From assembly GCF_964204645.1 (NCBI RefSeq), contig NC_134036.1, positions 11,201,859 to 11,265,858 of the forward strand: a stretch of DNA of 64,000 bases, given 5' to 3'. A program made the position numbers and the translations under genes. The notes beneath the pieces were generated by a model. It was not told the origin of the DNA. It saw only the letters and a program-made list of their open reading frames with translations, and ran no database searches. The DNA comes from Tubulanus polymorphus. Its lineage: Eukaryota > Animalia > Nemertea. Of the stretch, positions 62,126-64,000 are shown piece by piece. Within the stretch, counting starts at the first letter, position 1; each line of letters begins with the position of its first letter.

Positions 62126-64000
62126 AGGCGAATTTATCGAAACGTACTTAGTTCTGAGTACCCCAACTGCGTATTTATCGACGAATGTACTCGTTTTCGA
62201 GTATGGTACTCGGCACATTTATCCAAGGTGTACTTAAATTTAAGTACTATACTTGCCTTACCATGCTCAAGAGCATGGTAACCCTGAGTATACCGGAAGA
62301 AAAAAATGGCGGCTAACAACGCAGACCATGTGAATTCGTATGAGTAAGTTCTAAAATTTCAGTGGTTTTCTGCGTGAAAAAAAATTATTAAGGCAACAGA
62401 AGAAAGTATTATCTTGTATAAACGTTGATAGATAGCAAAGTACCTGTCTTCATCATTCAGGAGCTAGGCACAATGACTTTGAGAAACTGTAATAATGAAT
62501 TAGTCTGGGTTAATTCGCTTGTGCTGTTGGGAGGCAAAACTGATTATGAACAGTGAGTTTGGCAATATTGGACCGTGAGAAGTCAAATCATATTGCCGCC
62601 ACTGCTCAAAATCATTCCATTGATGCCTGATTCCCTACATATTTTTGCACTTTTGCAGATTAAAATTGAATATAGATGGCGATATGGCTACATTTAGTTT
62701 GGACCACGAAACATACATGAAGGCTATTGCCAGTGGTAGGTATCAACATATTAAATACTTTTGGTTTGTAATGCCAAATTTAAATGAATCTAAGAAAAAA
62801 CGTATTCTACATACTATTCATCAGTAAGCATTGTCAGTATTGGCATGATTGGTCAGAGAAGTGTTTAGTTACTTTGTTTTGAAAATTGTATTTTGGAGGA
62901 AAAGTTGTAGGCCCTATTCATTTTTTAGGTATCATGTACTTGGCTTCACTTCTTGTTAATGATCTTTTTCTAGATGTGAACGTGTTGTAGTCTTTACTGA
63001 CAAGTTATAGAGAGCAATTGCCGACAGCTTCATGACGCCCTGCAGCCACAACCTCCGTGCAGCAGTCCTCGACCTCCGTGCAGCAGTCCTCGACCTCCCT
63101 ACAGCAGTCCTCGCAGTCTGGTAAGTTGTAGCCTGAATTTAATGGTGTTATGTTAAACACCCAACCTTTTTCAGAAAATTCCTTAATTATAATATTACTG
63201 CTTTTTAATATTCCAGGCGATGATAGCTTCATGCCGCGGGCTGCAGTTCTAAAACTCATCGATTTACATAAGGACTATGCTGAAAAATTCTCGGATCCGA
63301 AAATAAAAAAGCCACTATATGGAAACAAATAGCTCATGATATGTTAGATGCAGGATTTGATTTTGCGGCTGATCAGATAAAGAATAAATGGAATAACCTC
63401 ATGAAGAAGTACCGAAAAACTGTCGACCATAACAACAAGACAGGTGTAGAACCAAAAACATGTGTATTCTATGATGAGTTCGATGCGTATCTCGGTTGTA
63501 AACCCAATGTCCGTCCAAACCTTGTTATCGCAAGCACCAATTTGGAGTCATCTAGTACCTCCACGGATTCCGCCAGCAATGCCGAGATGGATGTTGACCC
63601 ATTTGAACCAATTTCTTTTCCACCTGCTAAGACACTACGTAAGTCCCGTGGTTCCGCTAGTGCAAAATCTGATAAATTTATGGAGTTGATGGAAAAGCAA
63701 GAAGAGTCTCGTAAAGAGGACTCAGTAAAATTAATGGAAACTATTCAGGCCAATCATAAAGAGGTTATGACTTTGGAGAACGAGAAGTTAGAGGTGGAAA
63801 GGAAGAAGATATCTGTTTTTGAGAAACTACTTGAAAAAATTTGATTTATATAACTAAGGCAGAGTTTTTAAAGCCACACGATTGATTTCAGGGTCCAAAG
63901 CTCTTCATCAGATGACAAACATAAAGGCGACATGTAGTAAGTTTGTCACTTGGACCGGTCCTGGTATTTCAGAATTGAATTTGACCCCCAATTACACCAT
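62126..64000 (+). mobile_element. Probable PIF/Harbinger element (left part) with a disrupted Myb/SANT-like gene
   Basis: TAA|AGGCGAATTTATCGA terminus; spliced ORF from ATG ~62307 with stops and a frameshift, ending in 63341-63844 (QIKNKWNNLMKKYRK..N.KTG..C.FYDE.D, C-terminal coiled coil). Confidence 0.7.

Overview
Repeat-rich animal genomic DNA, probably from a marine invertebrate (inferred from spliceosomal introns, class A GPCRs and the transposon families present). The centrepiece is a complete 17,937-bp Polinton/Maverick-like endogenous virus (17670-35606, AATATT target-site duplication). It encodes pPolB, rve integrase, packaging ATPase, major and minor capsid proteins, an HNH nuclease and several membrane proteins, but no recognisable adenain protease. 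It has three unusual properties. (1) 14 of its 17 genes start at TAAATG, preceded by T-tract or A-tract elements that match poxvirus late/intermediate promoter architecture, suggesting a virophage-like parasite of a cytoplasmic pox-like virus. (2) Each terminus is a ~270-310 bp palindromic hairpin, and the two hairpin cores are flip/flop isomers. (3) Apart from one frameshift in the accessory HNH gene, its lesions (four in-frame TAA codons, one frameshift) all fall in the minus-strand morphogenesis block. Outside the virus are two spliced, secreted knottin-framework peptide genes missed by the ORF track and one intact plus several degenerate GPCR genes. There are also many nested transposons: P-like, LINE, CACTA, a second Polinton remnant, a hAT with 5-bp TSD inside a RAG1/Transib/Chapaev-like transposase, MULE/SWIM, Harbinger, Helentron-like elements, MITEs and satellites. 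All product calls come from motif recognition only; no database search was run.
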